From: Candidatus Heimdallarchaeota archaeon
GTDB taxonomy: Archaea; Asgardarchaeota; Heimdallarchaeia; Heimdallarchaeales; Heimdallarchaeaceae
Direction of reading: 5' to 3'
DNA: 24,000 nucleotides
Assembly: GCA_030603365.1 (NCBI GenBank)
Contig: JAUVXV010000004.1
Location: forward strand, 144,210 to 168,209
Positions 16,193 to 24,000 of this stretch are shown here, one piece after another (position 1 is the stretch's first letter; the number at the start of each line of letters is the position of its first letter). The notes beneath the pieces are model-generated. The model saw only the letters and a list, made by a program, of their open reading frames with translations. It had not been told where the DNA came from and ran no database searches. A program made the position numbers and the translations under genes.

Positions 16193-17578
16193 ATGCCCCA
16201 TCGAATAAATTTCGTAACTGAAGCAGAATTTGCTGATCCATTGCAACACTACAGTAACCAAGAGTTTGTTCTTGAGTTTGAAGATGCTGCTCAAGTGTTA
16301 AAATTATGGCGAAATCCACATTTGGGTAGAAGTTCTCGTGAAGGTGCAGTTTTATCCATTGCTTCTAAAAATGCTGTTGCAGTAGAAAACATAATACAGA
16401 AAATTATGAATACATACTTGACTGCTGCTGAAGAAGAACGACTAGTTAATGAAATTAAACTCCTTCGTTTTATTGGTGAACGCGTACTTCCAGATGTTTT
16501 GGAAAGAGTAAATCGTAACGAACTTCAAACAGTAGAAGATATTCTAAAGTATATTCAGGAACTTCTGAAGGAAATAAAACATGAAGGGTCTGTTGACCTT
16601 CAACGTTTAGCAGAAAAACTCAATCAACTGAAGGATATTGTAGATATTGAAATTACTGATGCTTTTGGAAGGAAAAAGAGAATCTCACGAGAAAGTGTCA
16701 TGGACCTTCTAGGGAAAATCCTCGGTAGATATTTAGTGAAACAAATATCTGTTGCACCAATTGATGAAGTTCAAAAGCGCCCTAGAGGCACAATTAGATT
16801 AAAAGAAACTTATCGTAGAGCGATATTAAGTTCTCAATCTGTTCCTCCTACTAAAGTGAAACAAGAAGATATAATGAGAGTTAAGAAAGATCGTCGATCT
16901 TTAGTGTATCTAATTGTTGATATGAGCCAATCTATGCGGAAAAGTGTTTTTGAAGGAGGGATGTCTCGTTTAGATGGGGCACTTCTTACTAGTCTCAGTT
17001 TATACTACTATTTCAAGACACTCAACAGAAGAAAAAGGAAAAGCTATGATATGTTCAAACTTGCTGTTGTTCCTATTAGAAAGAATCCTACAGTTATAGA
17101 TGGTGATAACAACATGGAGCAACTTCTACTCACAGCTGAAGCACGTGGAAAAACATATATGGTTCAAAGCGTTCTCGCTGCGATTGAGCATGCAAAAAGT
17201 CAATATATAGAGAAAGATATTGACGTTCAGTTCACAATTGTAACAGATGGAATGCCTAATGTGCCTTCTTATCCCTTCAAGCACCGCACAAATAAAGAAC
17301 TCAAGAAGTATTTCGATGAGATTGATACTAAAACTAGACCAAATACTATAGAATGCTTACTACAACTTAACGGAATCTTTTCAAGTTTAAAGAATGACCG
17401 GTCAAGAAACTGGAATGTGTCTTATTTCTTAATGGGGCCAGATTCACTAAGAAACAAGGAAATCTATATACATACCAAAAGAATGCTGAAAGGAATCACA
17501 AGGCCTATATTAGTAGACCCAGCCCAAGTTAGGAATCTTGGAGAACAGATACTAAGGGAGAGTATTTTATATGCTTAA
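16193..17578 (+). CDS. von Willebrand factor A (vWA) domain protein with an intact MIDAS motif and a helical N-terminal domain of about 230 aa
   Basis: The MIDAS motif DxSxS is DMSQS (16919-16933), preceded by the hydrophobic strand LVYLIV. A downstream Thr (GKTYM) and TDG (17243-17251) complete the MIDAS set. The position after an AAA+ gene mirrors ChlI-ChlD and MoxR-vWA pairs. Confidence 0.8.
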   Translation: MPHRINFVTEAEFADPLQHYSNQEFVLEFEDAAQVLKLWRNPHLGRSSREGAVLSIASKNAVAVENIIQKIMNTYLTAAEEERLVNEIKLLRFIGERVLPDVLERVNRNELQTVEDILKYIQELLKEIKHEGSVDLQRLAEKLNQLKDIVDIEITDAFGRKKRISRESVMDLLGKILGRYLVKQISVAPIDEVQKRPRGTIRLKETYRRAILSSQSVPPTKVKQEDIMRVKKDRRSLVYLIVDMSQSMRKSVFEGGMSRLDGALLTSLSLYYYFKTLNRRKRKSYDMFKLAVVPIRKNPTVIDGDNNMEQLLLTAEARGKTYMVQSVLAAIEHAKSQYIEKDIDVQFTIVTDGMPNVPSYPFKHRTNKELKKYFDEIDTKTRPNTIECLLQLNGIFSSLKNDRSRNWNVSYFLMGPDSLRNKEIYIHTKRMLKGITRPILVDPAQVRNLGEQILRESILYA

Positions 17579-19145
17579 AGAAGAACTTGCGGAGATAATT
17601 GTTGTTTATCAAAATGCTCGTGAGGATTTCAAAACTCTTGTAGGAGAAACTCCTGAAAATTATAGAGTTCTTATTTTTCTTGACCCTGAAATGCATGTTT
17701 CTGTTAATCGAGTGGTAGAGGTCACAGGAACTCCTCAAGCTATACTAACTTCTGAGCAGATAACAAATCTTAGATCTGCAAGGATAAGTGAATTTCTTCC
17801 TACTGGAAAAGAAACTGTCTATAATTCTCTTCCTACACTAATTTATCTATCAGTACCCTCCTACGAACTAACAATGGAGGAAGAACTGACCTTAAGAGTG
17901 ATGCTTATTCATGCTTTTGCTCATGCTCTTATGAATGAGAAAACTGAATCAAATTCAGCGAGAGTTTTGGCTCAACTATATCAATTGGATGTTATACTCA
18001 AGGAACTAATGAGTAACAATGTTTTCCAGTTGAATAAAGTATCAAAAGACAAACATGTTTGGGCTTGGCAGTATTTCCAAGATTTAATTGGTGTAATAAG
18101 ATTATTTACAGAAGCAGGTGTGGACGATTTCTATACTCCTCCTGAAGAAGCAAGAAAGTATACTCTGTTCAATAACTTTTCAATTGAAGCAATAAATCTC
18201 ATAGGAGAACGAGCAAAAACTGCAAGAAAGAAACATCTTCACGATATTATAGATGAAGGATTTGCTCATTATATACAACAAAAAGCAATAGAATACTTGT
18301 TAAAGAAAGATGAATACAAGCTTCCAAAAAGACATGAAGATAGATCCATAATATATCCAAATGGATTAAAAGCATTTTTAGCTCCTCCAGTAGGAGTTTT
18401 CAGTCAAGTAGCTATTAACAAACTTCTTACTAAATATAAAGATGAAAAGGAGATGTTTTCTAAATTATTCTCCTACAAATCTGATATAGAGTTTCTTGAA
18501 GAATTTACTTGGGATGAAATAAAGGATTTATTGGCAGTTAACAAAAATGCTCATTCAGAATATGTTGTAGATCATTGGCACTCATCAATAAGTAGATGGT
18601 CAGATATATGGTCTGTCTATGCTTATGGATGGAGGCAGATAGAAGAATACGTAAGTAAAGTTTTCAGAAGAAAATATTCTACTTTTGGTCAACTTCTTGA
18701 TGAAAATCCAAGTATTTCTTTTAAAGGATATGTTAAAGTGGATAACAAGAAAGTATATGTTTTTGAGGCTAATGATTATGGTATTGGAATAGATCAATTA
18801 GTCATTCTTCACAATCATATGTCTCTTTATAGAGATGATTTCAAAACAATTCTTCCTGCTTTTGCTGATGTGATTGTCTTTAAGAAAGTTGGAGGAATTC
18901 ATGTTGCTACTTTATTTGCAGTCCACAAGGCCAAGTATAAATCTCTCTCGCCATATAACTTACCAGTTATAACCAGGGCAGTTCAAGTGACAAAAAGAAA
19001 GGATGCATATAAGTTTGATTTAGACGAGGAAAAGGAAGCAAAATTCGAAATTAGAAATATTGACTATACACATCTCAGAAAGTTGACTCAACCTCAACGA
19101 GGTGCTATTAGTTATCTAATAAAGGAGGGGTTGTTTGAATTATGA
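17571..19145 (+). CDS. Large hypothetical protein with a zincin-like motif pair (HAFAH ... DEGFAHY); possibly an inactive gluzincin-like fold
   Basis: 524-aa ORF whose start overlaps the upstream stop by 8 nt. MLIHAFAHALMNE (HAxxH at 17910-17924) and IIDEGFAHYIQ (18252-18272) resemble the HExxH and (N)EGFAxY motifs of MA-clan gluzincins, but the catalytic Glu is Ala and the spacing is about 115 aa. Confidence 0.45.
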   Translation: MLKEELAEIIVVYQNAREDFKTLVGETPENYRVLIFLDPEMHVSVNRVVEVTGTPQAILTSEQITNLRSARISEFLPTGKETVYNSLPTLIYLSVPSYELTMEEELTLRVMLIHAFAHALMNEKTESNSARVLAQLYQLDVILKELMSNNVFQLNKVSKDKHVWAWQYFQDLIGVIRLFTEAGVDDFYTPPEEARKYTLFNNFSIEAINLIGERAKTARKKHLHDIIDEGFAHYIQQKAIEYLLKKDEYKLPKRHEDRSIIYPNGLKAFLAPPVGVFSQVAINKLLTKYKDEKEMFSKLFSYKSDIEFLEEFTWDEIKDLLAVNKNAHSEYVVDHWHSSISRWSDIWSVYAYGWRQIEEYVSKVFRRKYSTFGQLLDENPSISFKGYVKVDNKKVYVFEANDYGIGIDQLVILHNHMSLYRDDFKTILPAFADVIVFKKVGGIHVATLFAVHKAKYKSLSPYNLPVITRAVQVTKRKDAYKFDLDEEKEAKFEIRNIDYTHLRKLTQPQRGAISYLIKEGLFEL

Positions 19146-19915
19146 GTTTCCTAGATTTCTTACGCGGATTAACAATAGGAAGAAAACTAAAAAGTGAAGA
19201 TCCATTAGATCGTGCATATTTCTCTCTTTTCATACGAAGAAGAGGAAAAGCTAAGGATATTAAAAGAATTTACCCTTTGATTGAGGATTCGGATTGGAAT
19301 GTGAGAAATGCAGCAGCAGCTACCATTATAGAATTAGCTTCTAAATATCCAGAAATCAAAAAGAATGTTCTTAATCACCTTCATAATCTAATTGAAAATA
19401 GCTCTTTGGCAATTAAACTTTCTACTTTGGAAGTTTTAGGTCATCTGAAAGATTATGGTTCAAAACCTTACTTAGTTAAGATTTTGGAAGAAAGTGATTA
19501 TGATCTTCAATATGCAGCTATACGCGCAATTGGTTATTTAGATGATGTTGATGTTCTTAATCCACTTAAAAACGTAGTTTATGCAAGAGATTATATCACA
19601 AGAAGAGCAGCAATACTCTCCGTTGTCAGAATTGCAAATTCAGTTAAAGAGGAAGAACAAGTCGGAAAATTAACCGATCATATGCATATTGTAATGGAAT
19701 CTTACCTTGAATTAGAAGAGTTAGGGGAGACTATTTGTAAGATAATGGATTTTGCAGAAGTAGATAAACTACCTGAAATGAAAGGATATTCAGAATCAGA
19801 AATTGTTAAATTGGAAGGATTAATTGAGCAAAAAGATTATAGCGTTGAACTCTACCAGAATTTCGCTAGATTGATTTTTCCTGTATATTTCCCACTTGAT
19901 GAGGAGGAAAACTAG
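19142..19915 (+). CDS. HEAT-repeat (PBS-lyase HEAT-like) protein
   Basis: 257-aa ORF with an ATGA start/stop overlap with the upstream gene and AGGAGGGG upstream. Repeated helical units have the D-x-x-VR-x-x-A-x-x-x-L/G pattern: DWNVRNAAAATIIELA, AIKLSTLEVLGHLKD, DLQYAAIRAIGYLDD, ITRRAAILSVVRIAN. Confidence 0.7.
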   Translation: MSFLDFLRGLTIGRKLKSEDPLDRAYFSLFIRRRGKAKDIKRIYPLIEDSDWNVRNAAAATIIELASKYPEIKKNVLNHLHNLIENSSLAIKLSTLEVLGHLKDYGSKPYLVKILEESDYDLQYAAIRAIGYLDDVDVLNPLKNVVYARDYITRRAAILSVVRIANSVKEEEQVGKLTDHMHIVMESYLELEELGETICKIMDFAEVDKLPEMKGYSESEIVKLEGLIEQKDYSVELYQNFARLIFPVYFPLDEEEN

Positions 19916-20235
19916 AACCTTCTCCTTCTAAATTTGTCTGTGCAGAAATCCACAAACTCTTTTCCTATTTCATTCAAGTCTTTTTCTTGTTTCCATTTCT
20001 TTTCAGTATGTTCTTGTATTTCTAGACCACAAAGATGAAAACATGTTGATATTAAGGCAAATCCCATCATTCTTTCTCTAAGGTTGTCAGAATCTATCAG
20101 TTTCAAAGCTCTCTTTTGGTGGGGATTTATCACTTCAGATTCTTCGTAAAAAACTTGATCTGTCTCTGTGGTAACAATCATTATTATTATAGAATCGTTA
20201 TTTGAGTATATAAAACTACAATAAACGGTAAGCAA
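19912..20235 (-). CDS. Hypothetical protein (no recognisable motif; the start is probably an internal Met)
   Basis: This is the only long ORF in the interval. Its 3' end overlaps the convergent HEAT gene by 4 nt. It has a basic C-terminus (KFRRRRF), and I recognise no family. Confidence 0.3.
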   Translation of the reverse strand: MLTVYCSFIYSNNDSIIIMIVTTETDQVFYEESEVINPHQKRALKLIDSDNLRERMMGFALISTCFHLCGLEIQEHTEKKWKQEKDLNEIGKEFVDFCTDKFRRRRF

Positions 20236-20258
20236 GGCTAGAAAATTTTTGTATTACT

Positions 20259-20468
20259 CTACCTGACTACTTTTCTTTCTTTCATTTGGTCAATTGAGTA
20301 GAAAACACAGATACGTTTCATATCTTTATCTTCATGAGGTAAAGAGTACCAAGCACGAACTCTTCCATGGGGAGCTTCAATACTTCTGTAAAGTTTTTCT
20401 AAGTAACTCATAATATTTTGATCTTCTAATTCGTCTTTCGGAATGTCGAAGTAATTTATGAATTCCAT
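20259..20468 (-). CDS. Small hypothetical protein (69 aa)
   Basis: An ORF in otherwise uncovered sequence, co-directional with and 23 nt upstream of the 107-aa ORF. I recognise no family. Confidence 0.3.
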   Translation of the reverse strand: MEFINYFDIPKDELEDQNIMSYLEKLYRSIEAPHGRVRAWYSLPHEDKDMKRICVFYSIDQMKERKVVR

Positions 20469-20605
20469 ATAATGTTAATTGTCAAATATCTTTTTTAAAG
20501 AGTGTATTACATAGCTGTTACATTTAGAAAGAGAAATATCTACTTTATATTGTGAAATCTTTCTTCAAAATAAACATCCTTTTTAATTTGAAATAGATAG
20601 GAAAG

Positions 20606-22588
20606 ATGATAATGACACTAGACATTGAGACTCCCTTAAAACCTAGAGGGGATCAACCAAAGGCAATAGAAAAACTAGTTGATGGAATAAAGAAAGGACA
20701 TCAAAAACAAACTCTCCTTGGAGTTACTGGATCTGGTAAAACTATGACCATGGCACGTGTTATTGATAAAATAAAGAAACCAACCTTGGTTATTGGTCCT
20801 AATAAAACCCTTGTTGCCCAGTTGTTTGGAGAATTTAAGACGCTTTTTCCATCAGCAAGTGTTAACTATTATGTTTCCTTTTATGATTATTATCAACCTG
20901 AAGCATACTTGCCTTCCAAAGATCTTTACATCGAAAAAGATGTAGATATCAATCGCGAAATTGAACGCTTACGACATACGGCTCTTGAAGCTTTGGCTAC
21001 CAGGGATGATGTAATTGTTTGTGCTTCAGTGTCTTGTATTTATGGAACAGGTCATCCCGATGTTTATCGTTCTAGACGTATAGCATTAAGTGTAGGAGAG
21101 AATCTTGATCGTCAAGATTTAATGTTAGAATTAGTGAAGAATCAGTATGAAAGAAATGATATCAGTCTTGAACGTAAAAATTTCAGGGTTAGAGGAGATT
21201 CCATAGATATTTTTCCGCTTTATGGTGATTATGTCTATCGTATTGAGTTCTTTGGAGACGAAATAGAACGTTTAACAGCTCGACATCCAGTCACTGGAGA
21301 GAAAATCAAAGAATATCCTCAAATGTCGATTTTTCCAGGTACACAATATCTTGCAAATGATGCTTTCTTCGAATCTGCTTTAGGCGATATTAAATTAGAA
21401 CTTGATATGCGTTTAGCTGAATTCCAAAAAGAGGGTAAAGTTGTAGAAAGCCATAGACTAAGACAGAAGACTCTTTATGATTTAGAACTTCTAAGAGAAA
21501 CAGGAGGCTGTTCTGGAATAGAAAATTATTCCCGTCACTTCGACAGAAGAAAACCAGGAGAAAAACCCTTTACTCTTCTTGATCACTTCCCAGATGATTT
21601 TCTATTAATTATAGATGAATCACATCTTACAATTCCCCAACTTCATGGTATGTATGGGGGAGATTTTTCAAGAAAAAAGAATCTAATTGATCATGGTTTC
21701 AGGCTTCCATCAGCAGCTGATAACAGACCTTTTAGATTTGAAGAAACCGAGAAATATATGAGAACTGTTGTTTTTACAAGTGCTACTCCTGGGCCATATG
21801 AACATAAGTTTTCTCAGCAAATTGTGGAACAGATAATTCGACCCACAGGACTTATTGATCCTAAAATAGATGTCAGACGTAATGAAGGGCAAATACTTGA
21901 TTTAGTTAGCGAAATAAATCAGAGAGTAGCTAAAGCGGAAAGGGTACTAGTTACTACACTAACAAAACAGAGCGCAGAAATGCTCTCTGATTACCTGCTA
22001 GAGATGAAAATAAAATCAATTTATCTACATCATGAAGTTGATACTCTTGATAGAATAGAGATATTGAAGGACCTTAGACTTGGAAAGTATGATGTAGTAG
22101 TTGGAATTAATTTATTGAGAGAAGGTTTAGATCTTCCTGAGGTAGCTTTAGTAGCTATACTTGATGCAGATAAAGAAGGATTTCTAAGATCGAGGAGATC
22201 ACTGATTCAACTTATGGGACGAGCAAGTAGAAATGTTCATGGGAGTGTCATTCTCTATGCTGATAAATTGACAGATTCCATGAAACAAGCGATTAGTGAA
22301 AATAATAGAAGACGAATTATTCAGCAAGAATATAACAATAAGCACGGCATAAAACCTACTACTATTCAAAAAGAAGTCAAATCAATCGTAGAACATTTGA
22401 TGCAAGTTACTCCAAAGGAAGAAGAGAAAATAGACGTTCCGGATGGTTTAGCAACTGAAGATATCTTCCTTATTATCGATGATTTAAAAGAAAGAATGGC
22501 AGAAGCAGCAGGAACACTAGACTTCGAAAAAGCTGCTATCTATAGAGATAAAATTAAAGAACTTGAAAAAATGGTGAGCTCTAAATGA
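20606..22588 (+). CDS. uvrB: Excinuclease ABC subunit B (UvrB)
   Basis: PRGDQPKAI, Walker A GVTGSGKT, YYVSFYDYYQPEAY (beta-hairpin region), DESH box, helicase motifs VGINLLREGLDLPEV and GRAARN-like GRASRN, and a C-terminal UVR motif FEKAAIYRDKIKELE. Confidence 0.97.
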   Translation: MIMTLDIETPLKPRGDQPKAIEKLVDGIKKGHQKQTLLGVTGSGKTMTMARVIDKIKKPTLVIGPNKTLVAQLFGEFKTLFPSASVNYYVSFYDYYQPEAYLPSKDLYIEKDVDINREIERLRHTALEALATRDDVIVCASVSCIYGTGHPDVYRSRRIALSVGENLDRQDLMLELVKNQYERNDISLERKNFRVRGDSIDIFPLYGDYVYRIEFFGDEIERLTARHPVTGEKIKEYPQMSIFPGTQYLANDAFFESALGDIKLELDMRLAEFQKEGKVVESHRLRQKTLYDLELLRETGGCSGIENYSRHFDRRKPGEKPFTLLDHFPDDFLLIIDESHLTIPQLHGMYGGDFSRKKNLIDHGFRLPSAADNRPFRFEETEKYMRTVVFTSATPGPYEHKFSQQIVEQIIRPTGLIDPKIDVRRNEGQILDLVSEINQRVAKAERVLVTTLTKQSAEMLSDYLLEMKIKSIYLHHEVDTLDRIEILKDLRLGKYDVVVGINLLREGLDLPEVALVAILDADKEGFLRSRRSLIQLMGRASRNVHGSVILYADKLTDSMKQAISENNRRRIIQQEYNNKHGIKPTTIQKEVKSIVEHLMQVTPKEEEKIDVPDGLATEDIFLIIDDLKERMAEAAGTLDFEKAAIYRDKIKELEKMVSSK

Positions 22589-24000
22589 GTCTTTTCTCTG
22601 ATCTTGAAGAGATACCGGACGACCCAGGAGTATATTTAATTAAAGATAAAGATGAAAAGGTAATTTACGTAGGTAAAGCCAAGAATTTGAAGAACAGAGT
22701 TAAACAACATTTCCAAACCACCTCTCTTCCAAAAGAAGACAAACTTCAAGAATTAGCTCATAGAGTTAATTGGTTTTTAGTAAGAAATGAATCAGAGGCA
22801 TTGATTTTAGAGAGGAAATTGATAAGACAACTATCTCCTAAACTTAATAGCATGCTAAAGGACGATAAGTCTAATTTACTTGTTAGAATAACTATGGAAG
22901 ATACATTCCCTCAGATACTTATTGTTAGAGAAACAGATTCACGTGTAAGTAAGAGTGTATACTTCGGTCCTTTTACTAATAACACGATGCTCAGACAGAC
23001 AGTTAAATTGGTTTTAAGGTTATTTCCAATATGTAACTGTGGTAAAAATTTTGAAAGAATCAGAGAAAAAGGTTCTACAATTCGATGTATGCGGGCAAGG
23101 TTGGGAAGATGTTTAGCTCCTTGGAAGAACGATATTACTTCAGAAGAATATCGAAAAACAGCCAAAAATGTAATTTCTTTTCTCAGGGGAGATGTAGCTC
23201 AACTATTAGATAATATTGAAAAAGAGATGTGGGTAGCTTCAAAGGATTCAAATTATGAAAAAGCAGCATCTTTACGAGACCTCACTCGAGCTGTACGTAC
23301 AATTTTGAATATTCAAGAAGATCTTAAATCTGTAAGAAAGAATGTAGATGTATTGGCTTATATTGAGGAAGAGGATGACATAGCTTTCTGCAAATTAGAA
23401 ATTAGAGCGTATCGCATACATAACATCATGAACGATGTTTTTCCAAAAGAGGACGGGAAGTTAAAGAAACTAGGTGAAGTGTTAGCATTTATTTATGGTC
23501 AAGAAAAACCAAAATTTTCAATTTTACTAGATAAGAATTTTACAAATCGTTTTAAAATAAATATTGAATTACCCATAAAATATCCTACAAACACTGTTTC
23601 AGAGCAATTGTGTAAGATAGCAGAAAAAAATGCTCGTAGTGAGATGCAGAAATATAAACGAGATGTTCAATATCTGAAAGAATCCGAAAATGTTCTAGAG
23701 GAAATGCAGAAACAATTTCAGCTATCAGACTTACCTGAAATCATTCACGGGTATGATATTTCTACTCTCGGAGGAGAACATTCTGTTGGTTCCTGTGTTG
23801 TTTTTCAGAATGGTAAACCTCAGAAGAAATTATATAGACGTTTTCGAATTAGAAAAACCTATTCTGAACCAAATGATTATGCAATGATGGAGGAAGTTAT
23901 TTCTAGAAGATATAAGTCTGAGGCTTTGAAAAATGATCCTTCACCTCAATTACTTATCATTGATGGTGGAAAAGGACAACTAAATATTGCTATTAAGGTA
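22585..24000 (+). CDS. uvrC: Excinuclease ABC subunit C (UvrC), 3'-truncated by the window end
   Basis: Not in the ORF track because it has no stop codon. The hand translation from the ATG at 22585 (ATGA overlap with the uvrB stop) stays open to 24000. It shows a GIY-YIG domain (PGVYLIKDKDEKVIYVGKAKNLKNRVKQH), a UVR motif (YEKAASLRDLTRAV) and a UvrC endonuclease region (GYDISTLGGEHSVGSCVVFQNGKPQKKLYRRFRI...LLIIDGGKGQL). Confidence 0.93.
   Translation, partial: MSLFSDLEEIPDDPGVYLIKDKDEKVIYVGKAKNLKNRVKQHFQTTSLPKEDKLQELAHRVNWFLVRNESEALILERKLIRQLSPKLNSMLKDDKSNLLVRITMEDTFPQILIVRETDSRVSKSVYFGPFTNNTMLRQTVKLVLRLFPICNCGKNFERIREKGSTIRCMRARLGRCLAPWKNDITSEEYRKTAKNVISFLRGDVAQLLDNIEKEMWVASKDSNYEKAASLRDLTRAVRTILNIQEDLKSVRKNVDVLAYIEEEDDIAFCKLEIRAYRIHNIMNDVFPKEDGKLKKLGEVLAFIYGQEKPKFSILLDKNFTNRFKINIELPIKYPTNTVSEQLCKIAEKNARSEMQKYKRDVQYLKESENVLEEMQKQFQLSDLPEIIHGYDISTLGGEHSVGSCVVFQNGKPQKKLYRRFRIRKTYSEPNDYAMMEEVISRRYKSEALKNDPSPQLLIIDGGKGQLNIAIKV

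Noticed and set aside
14608-17578. Annotating the AAA+/vWA pair as Mg-chelatase (ChlI/ChlD) or cobaltochelatase (CobS/CobT).
   Set aside because: No ChlH/CobN-type large subunit or tetrapyrrole-pathway gene is in the window. The vWA protein lacks the ChlD AAA-like N-terminal half, and the Walker motifs are atypical. The family-level resemblance is kept, but the functional name is not.
108-23165. Many short ORFs in the track lie antisense to or out of frame within longer, motif-bearing genes: 108-323, 6223-6501, 6577-6783, 7162-7398, 7447-7662, 8485-8679, 8710-9057, 9413-9868, 9976-10188, 10643-10861, 11020-11202, 13163-13363, 14559-14912, 15002-15226, 15747-16100, 17529-17738, 18600-18797, 21710-21892 and 22911-23165.
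   Set aside because: Each is embedded in a longer ORF that has clear family motifs. Their translations are low-complexity or biased, as expected from AT-rich antisense frames. The internal repetition (LLLNLQH) of the His/Leu-rich 9413-9868 ORF only mirrors the 126-nt LVIVD repeat on the opposite strand.

Overview
The window is visibly AT-rich and densely coding, and it looks archaeal. Two GC-rich tRNA genes with encoded CCA stand out from the AT-rich background, genes are tightly packed or overlapping with GAGGT/AGGAGG ribosome-binding sites, and one protein resembles the Arf family, which suggests an Asgard/Loki-type lineage (inference only). From left to right: a 3' fragment of a tRNA; a class-V aminotransferase/cysteine-desulfurase-like gene; an LLM-class oxidoreductase; a D-2-hydroxyacid dehydrogenase; and an AhpD/CMD-like protein. 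Next is a four-gene Opp/Dpp-type ABC importer operon on the minus strand. Its first permease carries an N-terminal seven-blade LVIVD beta-propeller, and the operon has no solute-binding-protein gene. Then come tRNA-Val(GAC), cysteine synthase, an MBL-fold hydrolase, a threonine/serine dehydratase-family enzyme and a Nudix hydrolase. The most unusual part is a five-gene plus-strand operon (13988-19915). It encodes an Arf-like protein with every GTP-binding motif degenerate, a ChlI/MoxR-type AAA+ ATPase with variant Walker motifs, a vWA protein with an intact MIDAS site, a large zincin-like protein with HAxxH in place of HExxH, and a HEAT-repeat protein. I do not recognise this partner set as a described system. 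The window ends with two small orphan ORFs and a bacterial-type uvrB-uvrC pair, with uvrC running off the window end. All calls come from reading the supplied translations and the DNA by eye; no searches were run.
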